A stretch of 64,000 nucleotides of DNA, taken from Gordius albopunctatus. Taxonomy: Eukaryota. The position numbers and the translations under genes are program-made. The notes under the pieces were generated by a model, which was not told the origin of the DNA, did no database searches, and worked only from the letters and a program-made list of their open reading frames with translations. Where the stretch lies: the NCBI GenBank assembly GCA_964276515.1, contig OZ193909.1, positions 930,001 to 994,000 on the forward strand, given 5' to 3'. Of the stretch, positions 34,901 through 46,900 are shown in pieces; the first letter of the stretch is position 1, and every line of letters starts with the position of its first letter.

Positions 34901-37900
34901 ACTGCTAGTGGAGCGGGGGTGCGTTGACTAGATGTCAACGTACCTAATTCATCCAGCTCCATTGTAACGTTTAATTTAACAAGCGCTTTGCCCCGTTTAT
35001 TATTTGGTACACAACTGCCCACATCAAAAGTGTGGGTGGAAGGTGCGTTAATTAATTTTATACTCGATTCCGGCGCTTGTGTTAGTTTAATTTCATTAAA
35101 GCATTTTAAGTTATTTTGGCCCTCTAAAAAGATATCCCATTCCCTTTTTAATGCGCGCCAGTTAGATGGTGCGTCTGTCCAATTAGTAGGGAAGGCCTGT
35201 ATGGAGGTGGTGGCTGGCGGCACGAGGTGTAATTTACCTATTTTTATCACGGCAGCTAATATCGCCCCTTTAATGGGCTGGGATTGGTTGCAAGTGATAG
35301 GCCCTCGTGTTAGGTGGTTCGGGTTATGTGACACGTTAGAAGTACCTACCCCGGAGTTGAAGTTAAAGCGTAGTCGTAAAGTAAGCCCAGGGGGGAGTGC
35401 GATGATATGTAATATTGAGCCTCCGAGTACCAAGCAAGCGACTAAGTCGTGTGCGATGATAAACATCGGGACGCCTGCGGGCTTGACACCTTCGGGTGCT
35501 GCAGGTGTGACACCTTCGGGTGAGTGTAAGTGTTTGGGCGACCTGGGCGAATGGCAATCTAATTTGCGTAATTTAGTGACGCGCTACGCCGAAGTTTTTT
35601 CGGAAGGTTTAGGATGTTTAAAGGGGTATGAGTACGATGTGCTGCTTAAACGAGGTGCCTGTCCTAAGTTTTGCCCGAATAGGCGTATTCCGTTTATTTG
35701 GCGGGACGAAGTTAATGCCGTGCTTCGGGACTGGGTTGATCAGGGGATAGTTTCGCCCGTTGATTATAGTGAGTGGGCGACCCCTCTGGTTCCGGTTAAG
35801 AAGAGCGACGGTTCGCTTCGTCTGTGTGTAGATTTCCGGGTTACACTTAATCCGTGGTTGGTGGAAATTAAGTACCCAATTCCGCGGGTTGAGGAGATTT
35901 TAGCTAACCTGAGTAACGCATGTTATTTTTCAAAACTTGATTTAAGATCGGCATATTTGCAGATCAGATTAAATGCTCGATCGGCACGGTTAATGACGAT
36001 AAATACTCCTTTGGGGTTGTTTGCGTTTAATCGTTTGCCGTTTGGCTTGAGTATTTCGGCGTCTGTTTTCCAAAAGACGATGGCCTCGGTTTTCCAGGGT
36101 TTGAACGGCGTGTTCTTTTACCTGGATGATGTGCTGATTGTGGGCGCGTCAATGCAAGAGCATGATATGCGTCTAGAATCGGTACTGAACCGCGTCCAGG
36201 AGAGAGGATTACGTTTAACCAGGAAGAAGTGCATGATTGGGGTTACCGAAGTTACTTTTTTAGGGCATGTTATCGCATGTGGGAGAATTAGACCTCTGGG
36301 TAGTAAGGTGGCTGCGATTAAGAATATACGGGCCCCGGTTAGTAAAAAAGAGGTTTTGGCTTTCATGGGGTCGGTTAATTATTATCGCAAGTTTATACCA
36401 CATTGTTCGGAGGTGGCGGCTCCCTTGCATAGACTGACGCAGAGTAATGTGCGTTTTGTTTGGGCCGAAAAGGAGCAGTTAGCTTTCGATAAGTTAAAGA
36501 ACTTGTTAGGAAGCGATCCTGTTTTGGTGTGTTTTAATCGTGACCTGCCAATAGGTCTAGCGGTAGACGCATCGAATAGCGGTATAGGTGGCATGCTCTT
36601 TCATATTGTTATGGGCGTAGAACGGCCAATACTATTTTTCTCGCGTAAATTAACGGCGGCGGAGCTTAATTATTCAGTTATTGAGAAGGAGGCTCTTGCC
36701 GTGGTTTTTGCGTTAATAAAGTGCCGTGAGTATCTTGGTCGAGATTTTAAAGTTTTTACGGATCATAAACCGCTAATTCCTCTGTTCGCGAAGTGTAACA
36801 GTAGTTTGTTGCTTAGCCCTAGGTTACAGAAATGGTTGTTGTTTTTGGGGAATTTTAACGTAACCTTAGAGTATAAAAAGGGGGCAACGAATTATTTACC
36901 TGATACGTTGTCGCGCTTAGGTGAGGATAATGGTACCTTACCTGAGGAGGAATTAGAAGGTGATAAATTTTTGGTCAATATTGTAACGGAAACTTTCCCA
37001 TCAGTTAACCTTAAAGAGGAGGTTAGTAAAGATGAGGAGTTGAGTCGAGTTACAAGATGCCTGATTGACGGCGAGACGCTCGAGGAGATTCCTGTGGGTT
37101 ACCGCGGGGTGAGGAACGAACTCTGTTTTGAGAACGGTATCATTCTGCGGGGTGAACGCATAGTGATTCCACGAGTGTTACGTCCTCAGGTTCTGAATTT
37201 ATTGCATGCTGGACATATTGGGACGGCTAAAATGAAGGTTTTGGCACGTAGATATGTTTGGTGGCCTAAGATGGGAAAAGATATAAGCATGTATGGGCGT
37301 AAATGCGTTGCATGTAACAAGAATGCGAGTATGCCCAGGCATGATAAAAAGGCGAGGTGGCCTCAGGCACATAATGTGTGGGATCGAGTGCACCTTGATT
37401 TTTTTGATTTTGACTCTAAGCAATATCTTTTGTTGGTGGATGCGACATCGAGTTGGGTTGAATTCGAGCGGGTGTCGAAACTATCTACTAAAAGCGTAAT
37501 TGTTTTTTTGGAAAAATTAATGGGCGCTTTTGGCATACCGAAGTGCGTGGTGTCAGATAATGGTACCGCGTTTACTAGTGCCGAGTTTAAAGCGTTTTGC
37601 GATAGGTGGGGCATACGTCACGTATTAACGCCTCCCTATCATCCTAGTTCTAACGGGCTGGCTGAGCGACATGTGGCGATTGTTAAACGATGGTTAAAAA
37701 ACGAGAAGGTGGAGAAAGAAGGCATTTGGATGTACAGGTTGTTGCACAATGCTTCCCCTCGTTTCCCGTGTCGCGCGCCGGTTAGTAAGGTTTTTTTAAA
37801 TAGGATACCGCGAATACCGATCGATGTGTTCGTAGATAGCGAGTTGACATCTCGTGTATCTGACATTGGCCGGTTTCGGGTTAATGAGGCAGTTTGGGCC

Positions 37901-40900
37901 CGGGGTTATGGCGGGTCTGAAAAATGGCTCGAAGCGGTAGTTAAATCCCGCGTGGGCTCTAAAGCTTACGACGTGGAGTTTACAGCTGCAAATAACCATG
38001 CTATGAGGCATGAAGAGCAATTGCGGCCGCGTTTTGAATAAAATATTAATATGGATATGTTATAATGTCTAATGTTTTTAGTTATATTAGATGGATATAA
38101 TTGCTTCGTGGTGCCGAGTACGAGTGGTGGTTCAGGCGATCGATCCACTGTACGCCCCAAGCAATTTACACGTGTCGTTTGTGGTGGGTGCAGACGGTGT
38201 GCCCCACATGGTCAACTTCCATGAACAAATCTACCCTCAGGCGAGGAGAGAGATCCGACCCGGGGGTGAAAGATTTGTGAATATGGGTCGACGTGGCGGA
38301 GCGGCTCGTAACGTCGCCCCGATAGTGAGGATCCCGATAGCGAGGATTCAAGAGAACCTGCAGCGCGGCGTAGCCGCTGGGCGCCAGGTACGGAGGGGCG
38401 CGGAAGCTGCCCCACCGGCGACGAATGGCGGCAGGCGACGTCGTGTTGCACGGAGGTGGTGTCATGGGTGTCATCGTCGGCATCGTGGGCTGAGATGTAA
38501 CCCACAGATACCGCCGGAGGGTGGTAATGCCGTAGGTACGGTAGTAGAGCGTATCATTGAGGCAATGGACGCGTCGGAAATAGTGGCGGGTGCGAACGTT
38601 GTAGGGACGGTAGCGCTGCAGGGTGACAGTACCTTGGTACGGTCGTCCGCGGCGGCGTCGCAACAGAGCGTGGTAGCGCCAGGTGAGGCAACAATTATCT
38701 GTCAGGTGGAAACGTTGTCGTTACAGGAAGAGGAGGCTTTATTGCTTTCTCCTGTAATGGTGGCTCCACCGGATTCGGCAGTTGAGTCGAACGTAGTACG
38801 CCGGTCTGCAAATATGGACCAGCGTGGGGAACAATAGGGTGAAGCGAAGTGCAAGGCGGAAGAATGGGGGAAAGACATCGAGCCCAACTACGTCGTCCGA
38901 GGAGCTCTCGATTTCTAAACAATCAAGAGGTCGTGCTGACCGGTTGCGCTATCTCATTTGTCTTGCCCCGGATGGAGTTATTTTAAAAAGGATGGTGTTG
39001 TGAAGGGTGTTTACACTTCTCTATTTCTCCTTCCCTTTCCCCCTACCCCTTTGTAGTTTACACGGTCGTTGTCTCTCGATCTCTCGTTGTTAGCGAGCGT
39101 CAATAATATTATTTATTACGCGAGATATTATTTATCGTATATATATGTTTATCACGCGTTGTGTGAGCGATAAAAGAGGATTATTAAAAAAGTTTGGTCT
39201 CCTTACCTTTCACATTTTTCATCATCCTAGTACGAGTAAGAAATCAGTTGGATAAACAGTATTACACATTTATTACAAAGCTAAGGATTCTCGGATTCGT
39301 TGAATCAAAAGGACTGGCAAGGCCACAAATAGACGTCTCGGATTTATCCTAAAGGATTTGGGCGAATCTATAAAAATGAAAAATATATAAAAAAAACAAC
39401 TTATTTAAGTATAGTAACTTTATTTTGCATTTTAATAATAGTATTTTTATAATGATTTCACATTATTTAAATTACCACATCGAGTAGTTTAAAAATAAAG
39501 GCATTAACGCTAAAATTAAAAATTTTTTTTACAACTTTTGAGTAAAAGCAAAATTAAACTTGATGCCAAGACAAACATATGCACCCGATCTTATTTATAG
39601 TCTTAAAACACACAAGGATTAAGCTATTTTTTGCTATTTTTATATAAGAGCTACTAAAATTTAAGCATACATCAATAAAAACGTTAAACCTATGCAAACC
39701 ATAGGTAATTTAAAGCTTGAATAAATTAATGAGCTATAAATTTTTAAAATTGAGTCGTCACAAAAAAATAAATTAAAATTGTAATATATAGTAACTAAGC
39801 AAAGGAATAAAAATTGCGTTAACTTTAAGAATTATGCCATGAAATAAGTTGTGAACTTAGCAATTAATTGAATATAAAGATTATAGCTTAGGCTTAGCTC
39901 GTTAATTAAATAGATTTTGGCATAAAGTGCAACTTAATAATAATACATTATTTCTAATTTTGTTCGTTTTTTAATATAAAACTATTACTTAATTAATTAA
40001 ATAATAAATTAACTCAATCTAAAACTCACCGACGTGGGAAGGGTGTGCATTTGAAAATAGTTTTGGTGGAATGTGATGTTTGAAACAGAGGTAAAATACT
40101 AGGAAAGTCACAGCATAACATATCTATAATAATTAACAGTTCATCCAAAAATGTATATAACAGATGTTTACAACATGTAAAAATTTGTTATGCCTTTTAT
40201 AGTTATCAATTAGCTAGATTCTAGTGTAAAGCAAGATTAATTGTAATAAAAAGCCATGATCTTATACCAGAACTTTTAATATTTGTCAGAAAATATATTT
40301 TGAAGCTTATATAAACTATTAGATTCCTTTCAGATATTTTACAAATAATTGAAAAATACATAAATTTTTTAAAACATAGAATTAACATTTATGTAAATCA
40401 TACATTACTATAATCAAAGAGGGTATAGGGTACATCCAATGCCAACCATATTTCTCACGAACGTAGACCTATATAAAATCCAAAAAGTATTCAAGTAGTC
40501 CAATATTAATACTAGTGTTGCAAAAAGACGTGGGTTTTATTTGGTTGCCCTTTGGTTTCAGTCGACTAAACATAAACAAAGCTAAGGTTTTTTGGTTTGT
40601 TTATCTTGATAGACCTCTAGGCTTAGTCAAAATTAAAAAAAACAGACCAGATTTGAACCAAACAAAACCCACGTATTTTTAAAACACTACTTCATACAAA
40701 GATATATATGTAATACAAAATTTACTGCAAAAATGGTTCCCAAAGTTCCTCCTGCAAATGCACAAGTCCCGAAGACACCCAGTAAAACATTAAGGTGTGA
40801 TGAATCACTTAATATGATTGAAACCAATTTTATTGACATTGGCCAGAAAAATGACTATAATTTGAAAAAAATTAATATATTCACATTGCTTGGGGTTTAT

Positions 40901-43900
40901 TTAAAAATATAGGAGAATTTTGGAAATTGTTCTAAATTTGTATTTAAAATAGAACCATTAAATATAATAACATAATAAATTCCAACATTATGAACATGTT
41001 TAAAAAGTGACTCAATTTAAATACTGAGGACCTCCTTTAGAACAAGTCACTCTTTTTAAATTTATCAAATAAGCAGTAATGATTACTAATAAGTAGGTGC
41101 CCTTTTGATACCAAAGTTGATTAAATGTAAATTATTGCTATAAAGACATTGATGTTGCTATTATATTTTTATGCTTAATCAGTCCATATTTTATAATAAT
41201 TTGATATTATCATAAATTTGAGACTATGTCAAAATGATTTATAAAAAAGTGTGATCTATATTTAATATAATTAAATGTGTAAAAATAATTTTCAACATCT
41301 AAGGTACTTTTACCTGAAAACTCCCATTTAAAAATAACATGACAAGAAATGACCAAAAATTTCGTTTTGGGGCAACGGGTAAAATCCCTTCCTGTCAAAA
41401 GTTTCACGATCGTGAAACTTTTTCGTGAAACTTTTTCGAAGCGACAAATTTCAAATTGAACAGATTTTTTTTCAGGCAACCCAGCCAAACTTCACAAGAT
41501 TATACTAAATTCTCAACTTCAAAAGAGTATAATAATTTTAATGTTTTTGCAACAAATTTACACTAACTTTTTTACTATTTTTTTAGAATTGCTTATTCTT
41601 TTTACACAATTTTTAATAAGGCAACCCAGCCAAACTTCACAAGATTATACTAAATTCTCAACTTCAAAAGAGTATAATAATTTTAATGTTTTTGCAACAA
41701 ATTTACACTAACTTTTTTACTATTTTTTTAGAATTGCTTATTCTTTTTACACAATTTTTAATAAGGCAATCCAGCCAAACTTCACAAGATTATACTAAAT
41801 TCTCAACTTCAAAAGAGTATAATAATTTTAATGTTTTTGCAACAAATTTACACTAACTTTTTTACTATTTTTTTAGAATTGCTTATTCTTTTTACACAAT
41901 TTTTAATAAGGCAACCCAGCCAAACTTCACAAGATTATACTAAATTCTCAACTTCAAAAGAGTATAATAATTTTAATGTTTTTGCAACAAATTTACACTA
42001 ACTTTTTTACTATTTTTTTAGAATTGCTTATTCTTTTTACAGAATTTTTAATAAGGCAATCCAGCCAAACTTCACAAGATTATACTAAATTCTCAACTTC
42101 AAAAGAGTATAATAATTTTAATGTTTTTGCAACAAATTTACACTAACTTTTTTACTATTTTTTTAGAATTGCTTATTCTTTTTACACAATTTTTAATAAG
42201 GCAACCCAGCCAAACTTCACAAGATTATACTAAATTCTCAACTTCAAAAGAGTATAATAATTTTAATGTTTTTGCAACAAATTTACACTAACTTTTTTAC
42301 TATTTTTTTAGAATTGCTTATTCTTTTTACACAATTTTTAATAAGGCAATCCAGCCAAACTTCACAAGATTATACTAAATTCTCAACTTCAAAAGAGTAT
42401 AATAATTTTAATGTTTTTGCAACAAATTTACACTAACTTTTTTACTATTTTTTTAGAATTGCTTATTCTTTTTACACAATTTTTAATAAGGCAACCCAGC
42501 CAAACTTCACAAGATTATACTAAATTCTCAACTTCAAAAGAGTATAATAATTTTAATGTTTTTGCAACAAATTTACACTAACTTTTTTACTATTTTTTTA
42601 GAATTGCTTATTCTTTTTACACAATTTTTAATAAGGCAATCCAGCCAAACTTCACAAGATTATACTAAATTCTCAACTTCAAAAGAGTATAATAATTTTA
42701 ATGTTTTTGCAACAAATTTACACTAACTTTTTTACTATTTTTTTAGAATTGCTTATTCTTTTTACACAATTTTTAATAAGGCAATCCAGCCAAACTTCAC
42801 AAGATTATACTAAATTCTCAACTTCAAAAGAGTATAATAATTTTAATGTTTTTGCAACAAATTTACACTAACTTTTTTACTATTTTTTTAGAATTGCTTA
42901 TTCTTTTTACACAATTTTTAATAAGGCAATCCAGCCAAACTTCACAAGATTATACTAAATTCTCAACTTCAAAAGAGTATAATAATTTTAATGTTTTTGC
43001 AACAAATTTACACTAACTTTTTTACTATTTTTTTAGAATTGCTTATTCTTTTTACACAATTTTTAATAAAATATATGCTTTAACATTCATTAAACTATTT
43101 ATACTCAGATTTAAAAAAATATTTTTATTATGTCTTATTAATATTTAAATTTATTTATTATATTTTTAATTTGTTTTATGATTACTATACATTTAAGATG
43201 CTTACTAGAAAGTATGATCTTCATAAAACATTTTGAATTCTTTTTACAGAATTTTATTGCACAAACCACAGCTCCTATTCCTACTGTTATATTTGATATG
43301 CCCATCGAATTTAAATTAACTCAAAATAAAAACCCAATTTTAGTCTTAGGGGAATATGAATATACCCAAACTAAAGTTGGCAAAAAATTGCAACTTTATT
43401 TTAAGTGCCGAACAAAGAAATGCCAAGGACGAGGCATATACCAAAATGCTGATTTCCATATAACTCAAGAACACTCAGATATTCCTCACAAAAGTATATT
43501 TATAATAATTTTTTTATCATGGTGTATTTAGTCTATCCCAAAATAAATATAAATGAAACTCATATACAAATCAATCCAATTGAAGCACCTACATCACTAG
43601 TTGTTTCTAGGTCACCCCTGGAAACACTTAACATGAAAAATATATCTTGTAAGGTATAAATATATAAATCCTCAAACTATTAGAGGTACTTCAAGCGAAT
43701 ATACACCTTCAATTTAAATATATTGTGAATTATATATTTTTTATAGGACAAGCCTCTCTATCTTCCATGACAATTGATAACAATATCTCAAATAATATTA
43801 TGTCTTTTTCAAGTAAAAATATTTCAAATATATTTAATTTTTAATAAAGGGCCAATAAACATACTGGCTGAATCAACACTTGATAACCTTACTCCTACAT

Positions 43901-46900
43901 CAAGTAAAGTTTATTATTTAAAAGATTTAATGTATAATAAATATAAGGTTCTCTTGAAGATGCTCAGATATTATTGGATGCTTTCCAAATAATCCAGACA
44001 AATAACCAAAGTAATATTCTTTTAATGTAAATTATATCACAGTTTTTAGTCAATGCTCCGGAGTTTTTGCCGTCAAACAATGGAACTTTGCTTTATTTTG
44101 AAAACTATCTTTACCGTAGAAATATGGAAAAGAATGATAGAGTTTACTACGGATGCCGCAAACTGTCATGTTCTGGCAGAGTCAAAGAGGTTTTGGGAAT
44201 TTTTTCTCAATTGCGTCCCCACAATCACGCGCCCCCTATTGGGGAATATGAAAAAATAATCACTAACATTGCATTAAAAAATGGGGTTCTGGATGACCCT
44301 AAAGAAAGGATCAGCAAGATATATTACAAAGTCATAGCGGAGAGGCTGAGGGACAATCCTGACATCAGGGACCATCCCGAAGCCACCCCACTGTTAAGGT
44401 CTGTTAAAAAAAAGCTAAAAAAAATGGATCCATTCAGGTACGACACGCCTAAGGATAATGACGACATTATCCTTAGGCCGCATCATTTCAAAACTCATGG
44501 TGGCGAAAACTTTTTGCTCTGGAACGAGGAAAATAGGATTTTTATTTTTGGGACAGCCGACCTATTAAAAATAATGTGTGAATCCAAAAATATTTATGGT
44601 GACGGTACCTTTAAATGTTGCCCCCAACATTTTACTCAGGTATTTACATTTTTATAATATATCCGTAACGTTTTTTTTAGATTTATACAATTCATTCTTA
44701 TTACCGGGAGCACATGGTTCCGGTAGTATATACACTTCTGCCTGATAAAACCGAAGATACTTATAAGAAAGTGTTCAGGAAACTTATTCAGATTTGTGCT
44801 ACCTTGCAGCTAGTTTTCGCCCCAAACTATGCACAGGTTGATTTTGAACGGGCAAGCATCGAGGCATTGGAAGCCTGTTTCCCTAATATTATTATAAAGG
44901 GTAAAATTTAATGTTTTGTTTATATAAGTTTTAGGTTGCTTGTTTCATTTTGGCCAGGCGATCTATCGACACGCTGGGTCTGGCAAAATGAAGACTCTTT
45001 ATTCATCAAACGCTGATTTCAAGCGCAGCGTTCGTCGTCTTTTAGCATTACCATTTGTGAAGAGAGGACACATCCGCGATGTCATGACCCATTGCATGGT
45101 CCAGCCCAATGTGCGCGGCGATAGAGAAATTGAGAATTTTTTTCTGTACATCCACAATACCTGGGTTGGGCTTGAGAGGGACCCTTTGTTCCCCTATGAT
45201 ATGTGGCAACGGCTTGATGCAGAGGGGCCCCGTACCAACAACCACCTAGAAGGGTTTCATAATGCTCTTAGAAGTGGGCTTAAACAAACCCACCCTACTA
45301 TTTATGTGTTTGTTGATTTCCTGCAAGACCTGCAAGAAAAGACTAATGTTGATTTACTACACATCTCTCAGGGCAAGAGAGTTTATGAAACAAATAAAAA
45401 ATACGCTTCTATAAATTATCATATAAATCGTCTTATAGCACAATATACAAATATATCTAACCCTATGCCCCTATTTCCATATGTTGATGCCATCTCTAAT
45501 TATATGCACTTACAAGGTCACGATACCCCGTTATATGATGAAATTGATTTACAATAATAAATATAAATTTGTTTAAATTTTTACTTTTGCGGATATTACA
45601 AGCTCAAACATATAAATAGTTTGGAACGGCTTAAATATATTGGCTAGATGCTAATAATTTATGATGTAAAATAATCTTTAACGGTTCATTTGCATGTCTA
45701 AACAAATGCTTGCCCATAATGTGGGATGTTGAAACCCGGGTAAAAAAAGGTACCCCATTTTGTGATTGGTTGTATGGGGAACGATTTTAAATTAGGGGAC
45801 CTTTTTTAACCGAAGGACATTAAATTAGGCGAGATGATTTTTGGCGAGTTGATAGGGCGCCTAAATGAATAAATCCTATAAGCTAACTTTATACAAATAA
45901 ATTGACTAAGTTTGATTATTGCTAATTATAACATAACCTAACAAGAACTATAAAAAAATTATCCTAACTTTTTTAACTACTTTCATACATTATTTTACAT
46001 AATATTTATTTTTAAATGTAACAATAGTATGTATAACTGTATTAAGCTTATTTTACTTATACTATATTGTACATTAAGCACATTAGTGATAATATTTATT
46101 CATTATATATATATAATTAACTATTATTTTATGTTATTTATATCAAATAGATGTTATATCAGGTATAAAATGCACTAGTGCTAATATTTATTCATTTTAT
46201 ATATATCATTAAATATTATTATCTGTTATTTAAATCCCATAAATATCACAACAGATAGAATATGCACAAGATGTATAACGTTTTATAGCATTACTTTAGC
46301 TTTACATATGCTATACATACAAATTTAACGAATTTATAGTAACACATGTTTATTAATTATTAACTATTATTATTATTAACAGTTAAATCTAATTGATTTG
46401 TTAAAATGTAATTAAAATGTTTATATAACATTAAATATAATTATAAACGTTTTATAGCCTTACTCTAACTATAATTATGCTATATATACACATTACACCA
46501 ATTGATAATAATGCATGTTCCTTAATTATTAAATATTATCATTATTAACAATTAAATCTAATTTATTTGATACTATATATTTAAAATATATTATATTATC
46601 CATATGTTTATATGTACAAATTAAATATTTCATATGATCCGAATTTCTGATTCATGCATACAAAAATTTGACTGGATGTACCCGAACCAAAAATTTGACC
46701 AATATCCTAAACCAATAGTGGAAAGTCCAGATGCAATTAGGCATGTGGTTAAAAAGTAAAATGGATCTTTATTTTCTCCTAAATTGGAAAGCAAAATCTG
46801 AAAAATGGTAAATAATTTATATAATAATAAGTTAATCCACCTGACATAATGAATAGGGCAATAAGAAAGCAGAATCAAGAAAACCAATTTGTAATTTGGA

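Larger units (their letters stand above)
33436..39275 (+). mobile_element. Full-length young Ty3/Gypsy (Mag-like) LTR retrotransposon with atypical ORF1 and an extra ORF3
   Basis: LTRs 33436-33714 and 38996-39275 differ only by one A in a homopolymer; 5-bp TSD CAAAG; PBS-like TGGTGATAGC at 33716; purine tract AAAAAGGATGG before the 3' LTR; PR-RT-RH-IN order. Confidence 0.97.
41362..46685 (+). mobile_element. Mutator-like (MULE) DNA transposon inserted in a coding exon
   Basis: 10-11-bp direct repeat ACCAAAAATT(T) at 41352 and 46686; removing the element restores GYWSNFWSFLVMLFLNGSFQ; only degenerate TIR similarity. Confidence 0.88.

Noticed and set aside
38835..38918. UAG-G readthrough extension of ORF3
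   Set aside because: Only 26 extra codons and no clear stimulatory structure seen.
34795..38922. Antisense ORFs over the Gypsy interior
   Set aside because: Shadow frames of GC-richer coding sequence with no motifs.
41475..43069. CRISPR-like array
   Set aside because: Units are contiguous with no unique spacers, there are no cas genes, and the context is eukaryotic.
45928..45947. Alternative right boundary (TSD) for the MULE
   Set aside because: Imperfect match that does not restore the host reading frame, unlike the 46686 repeat.
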